From: an uncultured Clostridia bacterium
GTDB lineage: Bacteria > Bacillota > Clostridia > TANB77 > CAG-465
Direction of reading: 5' to 3'
DNA: 64,000 bases
Assembly (NCBI GenBank): GCA_944388565.1
Contig: CALXJG010000004.1
Coordinates: forward strand, 501 to 64,500
Shown here: positions 1 to 9,992 of the stretch, in pieces
How positions within the stretch are numbered: the first letter of the stretch is position 1
Layout of the letters: each line of letters begins with the position of its first letter
Made by a program: the position numbers and the translations under genes
The notes under the pieces: model-generated
The model's input: only the letters and a program-made list of their open reading frames with translations
What the model was told of the DNA's origin: nothing
The model's database searches: none

Positions 1-191
1 CACCAGGAGATAGGGCAAATGATTGCTTAGGATTACTTGTTCCAATAAATGTATTAGAAGATTCAAAAAAAGGACAAGTTATTATATATAAATGTAATAA
101 ATGTGGTAAGATTATAAGAAATATAGTTGCAAAAGATGATAATAAAGAAGAGATATATAAAATTGTAGAAAATTATGCAAAAGGAGTATAA
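1..191 (+). CDS. 3' end of a CDS truncated by the window edge; small Cys-containing protein, possibly RNHCP-domain family
   Basis: Frame 3 is open from the window edge to TAA at 189-191 (PGDRANDC...YKCNKCGKIIRNIV...ENYAKGV*). The stop lies 2 nt before the argS ATG. The family guess rests only on the PGDR...C plus CxxC pattern. Confidence 0.45.
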   Translation, partial: PGDRANDCLGLLVPINVLEDSKKGQVIIYKCNKCGKIIRNIVAKDDNKEEIYKIVENYAKGV

Positions 192-193
192 AA

Positions 194-1912
194 ATGGAAG
201 AGTTCAAAAAATTAGTTGCAAATAGCATATATATTGCACTTGATAAAAAAGTTAATGAAGATGAAATAATAGAAAAAGTTGAAATACCTAAAGATAAAGG
301 AAATGGTGATTTTGCATATCCTTGTTTTAATTTAGCTAAGGTTTTTAGAAATTCACCTGTTAATATTGCAAATGATTTAAAGAGTAAAATATCTATAGGA
401 AATGGTATAGTAAAGGTTGAAGCTGTAAATGGTTTCCTTAACTTCTTTGTAGATAATTCTAGTATATCTAGTGATATATTAAAAAGGATTATAACAGAGA
501 ATAAAAATTATGGTTCAACTAATATTGGAAATAATGAAAATGTTGTAATTGACTATTCATCACCTAACATTGCAAAACCATTCCATCTAGGACATTTTAG
601 AAACACTGTAATTGGAAGTGCAATATATAGATTATATAAAGAATTAGGATATAATATAATAGGTATTAATCATATAGGTGATTGGGGTAGACAATTTGGT
701 CTTCTTATAGAAGGATATAATAGATATAAAGATGAGTATGATATAGAAAAAGATCCATTAAATTCATTATCTGATATATATGTAAGAATAAATAATCTTG
801 CAAAAGAAGATGAAAAAGTTATGGATGCAGCACGTGAACAATTTAAAAAGCTAGAGCAAGGTGATAAAGAGCTTTTAAAAATGTGGGAATATTTTAGAGA
901 AATATCTTTAAAAGAATATGATAGAATTTATGATATATTAGGATGTAAATTTGATTCATATAATGGTGAAGCTTTTTATAACGATAAAATGGATGAAGTT
1001 ATAGATATATTAACTAAGAAGAATGTATTAGTTGATAGTCAAGGGGCTAAAGTAGTTGAAGTAGGTAATAATATGCCTCCTTGTATTGTACTAAAATCTA
1101 ATGGCTCAACTATTTATGCTACTCGTGATTTAGCAGCAATATTATATAGAGCAAGAACATATGATTTTGTAAAAGCTATATATATAACTGGTTCAGAACA
1201 AATACTTCATTTTAGGCAGGTATTTGAAGTTGCAAAATATTTAGTTGATGAAAAATATCAAAAAGGTCTTGTACATGTGCCATATGGTATGGTTAGATTA
1301 AAAACTGGTAGAATGTCAACAAGAGAAGGAAATATAATATATATAAATGATTTGATAAATGATGCAATTAAAAAGTCTAAAAAAATAATAGAAGAAAAGA
1401 ATACAGAAGATATTGATAAGGAAAAACTAGCACAGCAAATAGGAGTTGGTGCTTTAGTATTTAATTATCTTAAAAGTAATAAATTAAAAGATATTATATT
1501 TGACTTAGATGAGACTTTAAGATTTGACGGAGAAACAGGTCCATATGTACAATATACATATGTTAGAATTAAATCTTTACTTAAAAAGGCTGGATTTGAT
1601 TTAGATAATATAAATTTCGATAATGTTAAGTTTGATTTATTAAATAATAAAAGTGAGATAGAATTAATAAAAGAATTAGAAAAATTTCCTAATATTATAT
1701 TAAAAGCAGCAACAGAATATGAACCTTCAATTCTTACAAGATATATAATTGATATTGCAACTTTATTTTCTAAGTTTTATAACGAATGTCAAGTTTTAAA
1801 CTGCGATAATAAAGATTTAAAATTAGCTAGATGTATACTTTCTTATGCAACAGGAATAGTAATTAAAAAAGGACTTTATATACTTGGAGTTGAATGTCCT
1901 GATAAAATGTAA
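194..1912 (+). CDS. argS: arginine--tRNA ligase
   Basis: 572 aa. Class I HIGH region DYSSPNIAKPFHLGHFRNTVIG, MSTREGN (KMSKS-like) and a DALR-type anticodon-binding C-terminus. AAGGAG RBS upstream. Confidence 0.97.
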   Translation: MEEFKKLVANSIYIALDKKVNEDEIIEKVEIPKDKGNGDFAYPCFNLAKVFRNSPVNIANDLKSKISIGNGIVKVEAVNGFLNFFVDNSSISSDILKRIITENKNYGSTNIGNNENVVIDYSSPNIAKPFHLGHFRNTVIGSAIYRLYKELGYNIIGINHIGDWGRQFGLLIEGYNRYKDEYDIEKDPLNSLSDIYVRINNLAKEDEKVMDAAREQFKKLEQGDKELLKMWEYFREISLKEYDRIYDILGCKFDSYNGEAFYNDKMDEVIDILTKKNVLVDSQGAKVVEVGNNMPPCIVLKSNGSTIYATRDLAAILYRARTYDFVKAIYITGSEQILHFRQVFEVAKYLVDEKYQKGLVHVPYGMVRLKTGRMSTREGNIIYINDLINDAIKKSKKIIEEKNTEDIDKEKLAQQIGVGALVFNYLKSNKLKDIIFDLDETLRFDGETGPYVQYTYVRIKSLLKKAGFDLDNINFDNVKFDLLNNKSEIELIKELEKFPNIILKAATEYEPSILTRYIIDIATLFSKFYNECQVLNCDNKDLKLARCILSYATGIVIKKGLYILGVECPDKM

Positions 1913-2027
1913 AATAAATAACGCACAGGTTATTACAATTTTATTCTCTTATACCGAATTTATAAAATCTAGTAATAGTAAAGGTTCACTCTAAAAAATT
2001 AGTAAGTTGTAAAATTTTCACATATTT

Positions 2028-2072
2028 AAAAGATGAACTTGTAAAAAATATAAATACAATTTCATCTTTTTT
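2028..2072 (+). terminator. rho-independent terminator after argS
   Basis: GATGAACTTGTA / TACAATTTCATC stem (12 bp, 1 mismatch) followed by T6. Confidence 0.7.
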
Positions 2073-2160
2073 GAATTTATAATGAAAAATTTAGAAATAA
2101 ATGCTATAATGACAATATATTAATAAATTAGCAGATACATCTTTTAAAATTAAGATTTTG

Positions 2161-2186
2161 AATTTCGCAGACGCATCTGCGAAATT
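2161..2186. repeat. perfect 11-bp inverted repeat, locally GC-rich hairpin
   Basis: AATTTCGCAGA-CGCA-TCTGCGAAATT. No T-tract follows. Lies about 60 nt upstream of the DUF1016-like fragment. Confidence 0.5.
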
Positions 2187-2246
2187 TAGAAAAGAATTGA
2201 AAAATAAATTTTTTAATAGAAAATAGAAAAAGAAAAGAGGAAGATT

Positions 2247-2690
2247 ATGGAAGAAAATCAAATATTAGAAAAAGATTTTAAAGAAGTATTTAAAGATATA
2301 AAAAATGAAATATTAAATGCTCAATATGATATTTATAAAAGTGCAAATATAAGGACATTATCATTATATAGTTATTTAGGAAAAATAATAAATGAAAATG
2401 CAAAATATGGAAAGAGGTATGCCAGCTTTTTATAGATGGGAAAGACAAGGAGGTATTCTTAGTGCCTAATATTCTAGAAATATTACGGATATAAAATTTA
2501 TTTTTGGTAAAATGAAAATAATTAATCAATTCACATACATATTTCAAAAGGAAAACCAACACCTAATGCTACAAAAGTATGAAGTAAAGAATTGACAGAA
2601 TTATTGGAAACAATAGTTAATAATTATTTTTATATAATATCAGAGTGGAAAAAACATTTTCCAGAGCAGGAAGTCAGATTTTATTGTTAA
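2247..2690 (+). pseudogene. decayed DUF1016 (YhcG-like PDDEXK nuclease) gene
   Basis: The 62-aa ORF (…IYKSANIRTLSLYSYLGKIINENAKYGKRYA…) resembles the N-terminus of about 350-aa DUF1016 proteins. Downstream, only short out-of-frame fragments remain (…SKELTELLETIV…) before TAA at 2690. Confidence 0.4.
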
Positions 2691-2837
2691 TATTTATAAA
2701 ATATACTGGATTGGTAACTCGGTATTTTCTCAGTATTATTTTGCAGAAAGCAGAAAACTAGAAAACTTGCTTTTCTACGTGTTTAAGAGATATATTCTGT
2801 AAATTGGGCAACTGTTGTTACACAATTAGTAAAAAAT

Positions 2838-3125
2838 TTAAAATGAACTTATTAAATAATTAAAAATATAAAATACAGAAATAATATTTAATATTATAAC
2901 AATTGGTATACCTATTGTAAATTTCAAATGTTTTGTTTTATGTCTAAATACGTACATACCAACATATGTACCAATTCCACCAAGTAATAAACTAACAATG
3001 AATATAGTTTTTTCACTAATTCTAAAGTTATGATATATTGCTTGTTTTTTATCATATAACATTATAAAAAATGATATGATATTTATTATTATAATATAAC
3101 CGATTAATATATAGATATAGTTCAT
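2838..3125 (-). CDS. DUF1294 family membrane protein
   Basis: 95 aa. YDKKQA...RISEKTIFIVSLLLGGIGTYVGMYVFRHKTKHLKF matches the DUF1294 signature. Has TM segments. Confidence 0.8.
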   Translation of the reverse strand: MNYIYILIGYIIIINIISFFIMLYDKKQAIYHNFRISEKTIFIVSLLLGGIGTYVGMYVFRHKTKHLKFTIGIPIVIILNIISVFYIFNYLISSF

Positions 3126-3239
3126 ATAATCACCTTATGTTTTAGTATACCATAAAAAGGCAAAAAAATAAATAACTAGATTTAGAAGAGATTATATAAC
3201 ATATTTATTATGTTTTACAATAAACTTTTACGGTAAATC

Positions 3240-3268
3240 TTGACAACTATAGGTTTGTAGTATATAAT
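3240..3268 (+). promoter_or_regulatory. sigma-A type promoter for rpmF
   Basis: TTGACA (3240-3245), 17-nt spacer, TATAAT (3263-3268). Confidence 0.6.
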
Positions 3269-3326
3269 ATATGGGTAAATGAGGATATTTGCTTAATTAC
3301 ATTAGGCTTTTAAGGAGGGAATATAA

Positions 3327-3527
3327 ATGGCACAACCAAAAAGAAGATGGTCTAAAGAAAGAACACATTTAAGACGTTCTACATGGAAATTAGATGAAGT
3401 AAATGTATCTACTTGTTCAAATTGTGGCGAACCAGTATTATCACATAAGGCTTGTCCTTCTTGTGGATACTATAACAAAAAACAAGCAGTTGAAATTAAA
3501 GAAAAAGAAAATAAAAAAGAAAACTAG
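3327..3527 (+). CDS. rpmF: 50S ribosomal protein L32 (bL32)
   Basis: MAQPKRRWSKERTHLRRS... with a CxxC...CxxC zinc ribbon. AAGGAGG RBS. Confidence 0.93.
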   Translation: MAQPKRRWSKERTHLRRSTWKLDEVNVSTCSNCGEPVLSHKACPSCGYYNKKQAVEIKEKENKKEN

Positions 3528-3535
3528 AATATTTT

Positions 3536-3560
3536 ACTCCACTTTCGTGGAGCTTTTTTT
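3536..3560 (+). terminator. rho-independent terminator after rpmF
   Basis: CTCCAC-TTTC-GTGGAG hairpin followed by T7. Confidence 0.8.
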
Positions 3561-3581
3561 ATATTATTTTATTTTCTGGAG

Positions 3582-5009
3582 GTGAGTTATATAGATAAAA
3601 TATTAATTTATGGAGTAAAAAAGGGTAGTATAGCTGACGAAATTGGTTTAGAAAAAGGAGACTATATACTTACTGTAAATGGTGAAAAAATATTTGATAT
3701 TTTAGATTATAAATTTAATATAGAAGATGAATATGTAGAACTTGAGGTAGAAAGAAAAAATGGCGAAATAGAAATATATGAAATAGAAAAAGAAGTATCA
3801 GAAGATTTGGGAATAGAATTTGAACACGAGCTAATAGATAAGCCTAAAAATTGTACTAACAAATGTATTTTTTGTTTTATGGAACAGTTACCTAAAAATG
3901 TAAGAGATACATTAATATTTAAAGATGATGATTATAGATTATCTTTTTTTACTGGTAATTATATAACGTTAACAAACATGAAAGATTTTGATATTGATAG
4001 AATAATTCGTTATAGACTTTCTCCAATAAATATTTCAATTCATGCAACAGATGAAAAGGTAAGATGTATGATGTTAAATAATAGATTTGCTGGAAAAGTT
4101 TTATCATATTTAGATAGATTTTATGAAGCTGGTATAGCAATTAATACGCAAATAGTTCTTTGTAAAGGGATAAATGATGGTAAAATTTTAGAAAAAACGA
4201 TAAAGGATTTATCTAAATATATACCAGTATTAAAAAGTATCTGTATCGTTCCAGTTGGACTATCAAAAAATAGGGAGGGTTTGTATCCCCTAGAAAGACT
4301 AGATAAACAAGATTGTATAGATGCAATAAACATAGCAGCTAAATATCAAGAAGAATTTAAGAAAAAATATAAATCACCAATTATATATTTAGCAGATGAA
4401 TTTTATTTGAAAGCCAATATTAAAGTACCAAATTATTCTGACTATTTAGATTTCGGTCAATTAGAAGATGGAATTGGTATGATTTCATTATTTGACCATG
4501 ATTTTAATAAAAAGTTAAAACGAGTAAAAAACGATATAGAAAATAACAATATTGATAATGGTATATCAAAAACTGTAACCCTTATAACCGGAAAAATAGT
4601 AGACAAATATATAAGGTTAAAGGCAAAACGAATAATGAGATTATTTAAAAATATAAATATAAATGTTGTGCCTATTGAAAATGAATATTTCGGGAAAGAT
4701 ATAACTGTAACAGGTCTTGTAGTAGGTAGAGATATTATATCAACCTTAAATAACTTGAAAGAAAATGGTGAAAATTTAGGAGATTATATAATATTACCAG
4801 AAGTAATGTTAAAAGATGATGAGGATATATTTTTAGATGATACCACTTTAGAACAAGTACAAAAAAGTATTGATACAAATATAGTAGTATCAGATGGTAC
4901 AGGTGAAGGTTTTGTTGATGCAATAATACAAGATATAAGTATTAACAAAATTTTTAAATTTAACAAAAAATCAAATAGGCAAAGTTATGAAAATAGTATA
5001 AGTCATTAA
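3582..5009 (+). CDS. DUF512 / radical-SAM-like protein with N-terminal PDZ domain
   Basis: 475 aa. PDZ-like GSIADEIGLEKGDYILTVNG, CxxxCxxC motif (CTNKCIFC) and DDDYRLSFFTGNYITLTN, typical of the DUF512 family. GTG start after GGAGG. Confidence 0.8.
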   Translation: MSYIDKILIYGVKKGSIADEIGLEKGDYILTVNGEKIFDILDYKFNIEDEYVELEVERKNGEIEIYEIEKEVSEDLGIEFEHELIDKPKNCTNKCIFCFMEQLPKNVRDTLIFKDDDYRLSFFTGNYITLTNMKDFDIDRIIRYRLSPINISIHATDEKVRCMMLNNRFAGKVLSYLDRFYEAGIAINTQIVLCKGINDGKILEKTIKDLSKYIPVLKSICIVPVGLSKNREGLYPLERLDKQDCIDAINIAAKYQEEFKKKYKSPIIYLADEFYLKANIKVPNYSDYLDFGQLEDGIGMISLFDHDFNKKLKRVKNDIENNNIDNGISKTVTLITGKIVDKYIRLKAKRIMRLFKNININVVPIENEYFGKDITVTGLVVGRDIISTLNNLKENGENLGDYIILPEVMLKDDEDIFLDDTTLEQVQKSIDTNIVVSDGTGEGFVDAIIQDISINKIFKFNKKSNRQSYENSISH

Positions 5010-5022
5010 ATGGAGGCATAAA

Positions 5023-5724
5023 ATGAATTTAAAAGTAATTTATGAGGATAATCATATAATCGTTGTAGTAAAACCGGTTGGAATACCAGTTCAAGCAGAT
5101 AAAACAGGCGATAAAGATATGTTAACAATTATTAAAGAGTATTTAAAAGAAAAATATAATAAACCTGGTAATGTATATTTAGGACTTGTACATAGATTGG
5201 ATAGAATGGTTGGAGGTGTAATGGTCTTTGCTAAGACTTCTAAAGCTGCATCTAGATTATCTGAATATATTAGGCAAAAAAATGTGAAAAAAAGATATCT
5301 TGCTATTGTAAACGGCACTTTACCTGTAAATAATAAAAAAGTATTACTTGAAGACTATTTAGTAAAGAATGAAAGATTAAACATGAGTAAAGTAACAACC
5401 AAAGATAATAAAAAAGCAAAACTTGCATCTTTAGAATATACTACACTAAAAAACTTTAAATATAATAATAAAGAATATAGCTTAGTAGATATAGATTTGC
5501 ATAGTGGCAGACATCACCAAATAAGAGTACAATTTTCAAATATATCACATCCTTTATATGGTGATATAAAATATGGTCAAAAAGTAAATAAAGTAGGACA
5601 AAACCTTGCACTATGGTCATATTACTTATCTTTTTTTCATCCAACTAAAGATGAATATTTAGAATTTAGTTTTAAGCCTAATGAATTAGATAGCCATGAT
5701 AAGATTTGGAGTGAGTGTATATAA
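5023..5724 (+). CDS. RluA-family pseudouridine synthase
   Basis: 233 aa. Catalytic HRLDRMVGGVMVFAKT and GRHHQIRVQ motifs. Confidence 0.9.
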   Translation: MNLKVIYEDNHIIVVVKPVGIPVQADKTGDKDMLTIIKEYLKEKYNKPGNVYLGLVHRLDRMVGGVMVFAKTSKAASRLSEYIRQKNVKKRYLAIVNGTLPVNNKKVLLEDYLVKNERLNMSKVTTKDNKKAKLASLEYTTLKNFKYNNKEYSLVDIDLHSGRHHQIRVQFSNISHPLYGDIKYGQKVNKVGQNLALWSYYLSFFHPTKDEYLEFSFKPNELDSHDKIWSECI

Positions 5725-6833
5725 TGGAAATAGATAGCTTAAAAATATTATTAAATGATATAAAAGTAAAATTTGAAAATATTAAACAAGCTTTAATGTT
5801 AGATTCAAAAAAAGAAAAACTTACAAAATTAGAAAAAACTACAATGCAAGATGGCTTTTGGGAAGATACTTCTTTGCAAGCTAGTGTACTTTCTGAGATG
5901 AAAATAATAAAAAATACAATTGAAAAAATGGAATATATAGAAAAAGAAATAGACGACTTTGCAGGATACATAGAGCTTGCAGAGGAAATGAACGATGCTG
6001 AAAGTTATAAAGAGGCTGTAAATCTTTCAAAAACTCTAGAAAGTAAACTTGAAAAGTTAGAAATAGACACATTGCTTTCTGATGAATACGATTCAAATAA
6101 TGCCATTATAACTATACATCCTGGGGCTGGTGGAACTGAATCTCAAGATTGGGCTTTAATGTTATATAGAATGTATACTAGATGGGCAGATAAATCTGGA
6201 TTTGAAGTTGAAGTTTTTGATTTACAAGATGGAGAAGAAGCAGGAATAAAGTCAGTATCTATTTTAGTAAAAGGTATAAATGCTTATGGTTATTTAAAAG
6301 GTGAAAATGGTGTTCATAGATTAGTAAGAATATCTCCCTTTGATAGTAATAGTAGAAGACATACATCATTTGCAGCTGTAGAAGTTATGCCTGAAATAGA
6401 GGATGATATAAATGTAGAAATAAGACCAGAAGATATCGAAATGGATGTATATAGAGCAAGTGGAGCTGGAGGACAACATGTAAATAAAACTTCATCTGCA
6501 GTTAGATTAAAGCATATACCAACTGGTATTGTTGTAAGTTGCCAAACTGAAAGATCACAGCTACAAAATAGAGAAAATGCAATGAAGATGCTAAAAGCTA
6601 AAATATATAAATTGGAAAGACAAAACAGAGAAAAAATGATGAACGATATAAAAGGTGAAACAACTGATAATTCATGGGGAAATCAAATAAGGTCTTATGT
6701 ATTTTGTCCATATACTTTAGTAAAAGATCATAGAACAAATTTTGAAGTAGGTAATGTTCAAGCAGTAATGGATGGAAAAATAGATGACTTTATATATGAG
6801 TATTTAAAGTACCTAAAAAAGGATAAAATGTAG
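5724..6833 (+). CDS. prfB: peptide chain release factor 2, uninterrupted (no programmed +1 frameshift)
   Basis: SPF and GGQ motifs (RISPFDSNSRRHTSF, GAGGQHVNKTSSAVRL). The ATG at 5724 overlaps the upstream TAA (TAATG). The ORF track starts at GTG 5715. Confidence 0.93.
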   Translation: MEIDSLKILLNDIKVKFENIKQALMLDSKKEKLTKLEKTTMQDGFWEDTSLQASVLSEMKIIKNTIEKMEYIEKEIDDFAGYIELAEEMNDAESYKEAVNLSKTLESKLEKLEIDTLLSDEYDSNNAIITIHPGAGGTESQDWALMLYRMYTRWADKSGFEVEVFDLQDGEEAGIKSVSILVKGINAYGYLKGENGVHRLVRISPFDSNSRRHTSFAAVEVMPEIEDDINVEIRPEDIEMDVYRASGAGGQHVNKTSSAVRLKHIPTGIVVSCQTERSQLQNRENAMKMLKAKIYKLERQNREKMMNDIKGETTDNSWGNQIRSYVFCPYTLVKDHRTNFEVGNVQAVMDGKIDDFIYEYLKYLKKDKM

Positions 6834-6930
6834 TAACTATAGTTATAATTTGCCTTATATACACAATATTCTATTTACTTATTGGTCTAATCATGGTATA
6901 ATGTAGAAAAAAATAAGGAGGGTACTTCAA

Positions 6931-7593
6931 ATGAAAAACCGGAAGAAAGCGTGTGGATTTTGTATTATCGATATTGATGGTACATTGTTCGAAGAATTTA
7001 AGCTAGTATTTAATCAGATTATATCTGAGATGTTTGGAAAAAACAGATGTATAAAAGTGATAAACAGATTTTTCAACATTGTTAATGACTTGGACTTTAT
7101 CAGTAATAGTATGTTCATGTTTAAAGCTGTTATGGTAGTTTATTCCATATTTTCTGGTCAAAACTATTATAACTGCTTAAGAATATACGAAGAAAAGTAT
7201 TGTAAACTCTCAAAAAAATATGTTGAAAAAGCATACAATAGTTATGTTGTTCCTATTCAAGAAATGGGATATAGTGTTTTATTTATAACACATGATATCT
7301 ATGCATTAAAATTTAACATTTTAGGAAGTCGTATTTTAGTGTATACTAAAAAAAGAGAAGACATTCCTCAAGAGTTATCAAAATTAGACATTGATTATAT
7401 AATAGGAAATAACTATATGGATGATATTTTAGCAGGTAAAAGATTAAATGTAGAATATGCTGCAGAAGGAATAGACCAAGCTAAGATTGTATATGTTGGA
7501 AAAAGCAAGTTAGTAAAAAGGCTTGTATCATCTGATGTTAAGTGTTTAAAAAACATGCAAGAAGTATTAGATTATATTAAAGATGCAACTTAA
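6931..7593 (+). CDS. HAD-superfamily-like hydrolase (tentative)
   Basis: 220 aa. N-terminal IIDIDGTLFEE (DxDGT motif I). The rest is not recognisable. Confidence 0.45.
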   Translation: MKNRKKACGFCIIDIDGTLFEEFKLVFNQIISEMFGKNRCIKVINRFFNIVNDLDFISNSMFMFKAVMVVYSIFSGQNYYNCLRIYEEKYCKLSKKYVEKAYNSYVVPIQEMGYSVLFITHDIYALKFNILGSRILVYTKKREDIPQELSKLDIDYIIGNNYMDDILAGKRLNVEYAAEGIDQAKIVYVGKSKLVKRLVSSDVKCLKNMQEVLDYIKDAT

Positions 7594-7610
7594 AAGTTGC
7601 ATCTTTTCTT
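7582..7610 (+). terminator. rho-independent terminator overlapping the stop codon
   Basis: GATGCAACTT / AAGTTGCATC perfect 10-bp arms followed by TTTTCTT. Confidence 0.7.
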
Positions 7611-7659
7611 GATAAATGAATATAGATATGTTAATATATATAGCAGGGAGTGATATATT

Positions 7660-8694
7660 TTGTTAGGCGAAATATTGTTATTAATAATACTTATAATTTT
7701 AAATGGATTATTTGCTTCTTCTGAGATAGCATTTTTATCTTTAAATAAAAGAAAGCTAAAAGAAAATGTAAAAAATAATAATAAAAAGGCTATAAAAATA
7801 AAAAGATTATTAGATGATCCAAGTGTTTTTTTGGCTACTATTCAAATAGGTATAACCTTAGCTGGTTTTTTAGCAAGTGCATTTGCTGCTGAAACTTTTG
7901 CTGATAGAATTGTGGGAAATATATCAATATCATTTTTATCTACAGCCACTTTAAAGAATGTAATAGTTGTAATAGTAACTTTAATACTTTCATATTTTAC
8001 ATTAGTTTTTGGAGAATTAGTTCCTAAGAAATTAGCTCTAGCAAATCCAGAAAAAATATCATATTTTATGGTTAATTTTATATCAATATTAACAAAAATA
8101 ACTTATCCATTTGTATGGTTACTTACTGTGTCTACTAATTTAATATCAAAAATTTTAGGTATAAAAAACAAGGAAGAAGAAAGGCTTACTGAAGAAGAAA
8201 TAAAAAGAATAATTACAACTGGTAAAGATGAGGGGGCAATTGAAGTTGGAGAAGAAAAACTTATATTTAATATATTTACTTTAAATGATAAAGAGGCTTC
8301 TCAAATAATGACAAAAAAAGAAGATATGGCAACTATTGATATCAACATAGATGCAAAAACTCTTTTAACTTCAATAAAAAAATTTAAGTATACTAGATTA
8401 CCTGTAACTGAAGGTGAAAATATAATAGGTATTTTAAATGTTAAGGATTTGTTAATTTACTATTCAAAAAATGCAAAATTAGATCTACATAAAGTTATGA
8501 GAAAACCTGCTTTTGTATATGAAAATGAAAAGATAGATGATGTTTTTAGAATGATGCAGAAAACTCATCAATCAATGTCAATAGTAAAAAACAAAGATGA
8601 GCAAGTTATAGGGCTTCTTACAGTAGAAGACGCTATAGAAGAAATTGTTGGAGATATATATGATGAATATGATGCTCTACCAAGTAATGAATAA
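7660..8694 (+). CDS. CNNM/hemolysin-family membrane protein (DUF21 + CBS pair)
   Basis: 344 aa. DUF21 N-terminus (LNGLFASSEIAFLSLNKRKL) followed by tandem CBS-like region. No CorC_HlyC C-terminal domain is apparent. TTG start. Confidence 0.85.
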   Translation: MLGEILLLIILIILNGLFASSEIAFLSLNKRKLKENVKNNNKKAIKIKRLLDDPSVFLATIQIGITLAGFLASAFAAETFADRIVGNISISFLSTATLKNVIVVIVTLILSYFTLVFGELVPKKLALANPEKISYFMVNFISILTKITYPFVWLLTVSTNLISKILGIKNKEEERLTEEEIKRIITTGKDEGAIEVGEEKLIFNIFTLNDKEASQIMTKKEDMATIDINIDAKTLLTSIKKFKYTRLPVTEGENIIGILNVKDLLIYYSKNAKLDLHKVMRKPAFVYENEKIDDVFRMMQKTHQSMSIVKNKDEQVIGLLTVEDAIEEIVGDIYDEYDALPSNE

Positions 8695-8706
8695 TATAAA
8701 AAATTA

Positions 8707-8738
8707 AATTCAGTGTTTCACTGGATTTATTTTTTCTA
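8707..8738 (+). terminator. rho-independent terminator
   Basis: ATTCAGTG-TTT-CACTGGATT hairpin followed by a T-run. Confidence 0.6.
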
Positions 8739-8783
8739 TTGCAAAAATCGACATAATATGATAATATATTAACATAATATTAG

Positions 8784-9929
<1,146 letters not shown>

Positions 9930-9992
9930 TTTAATTAGTATAAGTAATAACATATTACAAAGAATAATATTATACTAGAATCGAGGTAAAGA

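Noticed and set aside
2290-2562. 90-aa minus-strand ORF, and the 60-66-aa overlapping ORFs at 3403-3585, 3949-4333 and 4735-4966.
   Set aside because: They have Leu/Phe/Ile/Tyr-rich nonsense composition, overlap better-supported features, and have no translation signals.
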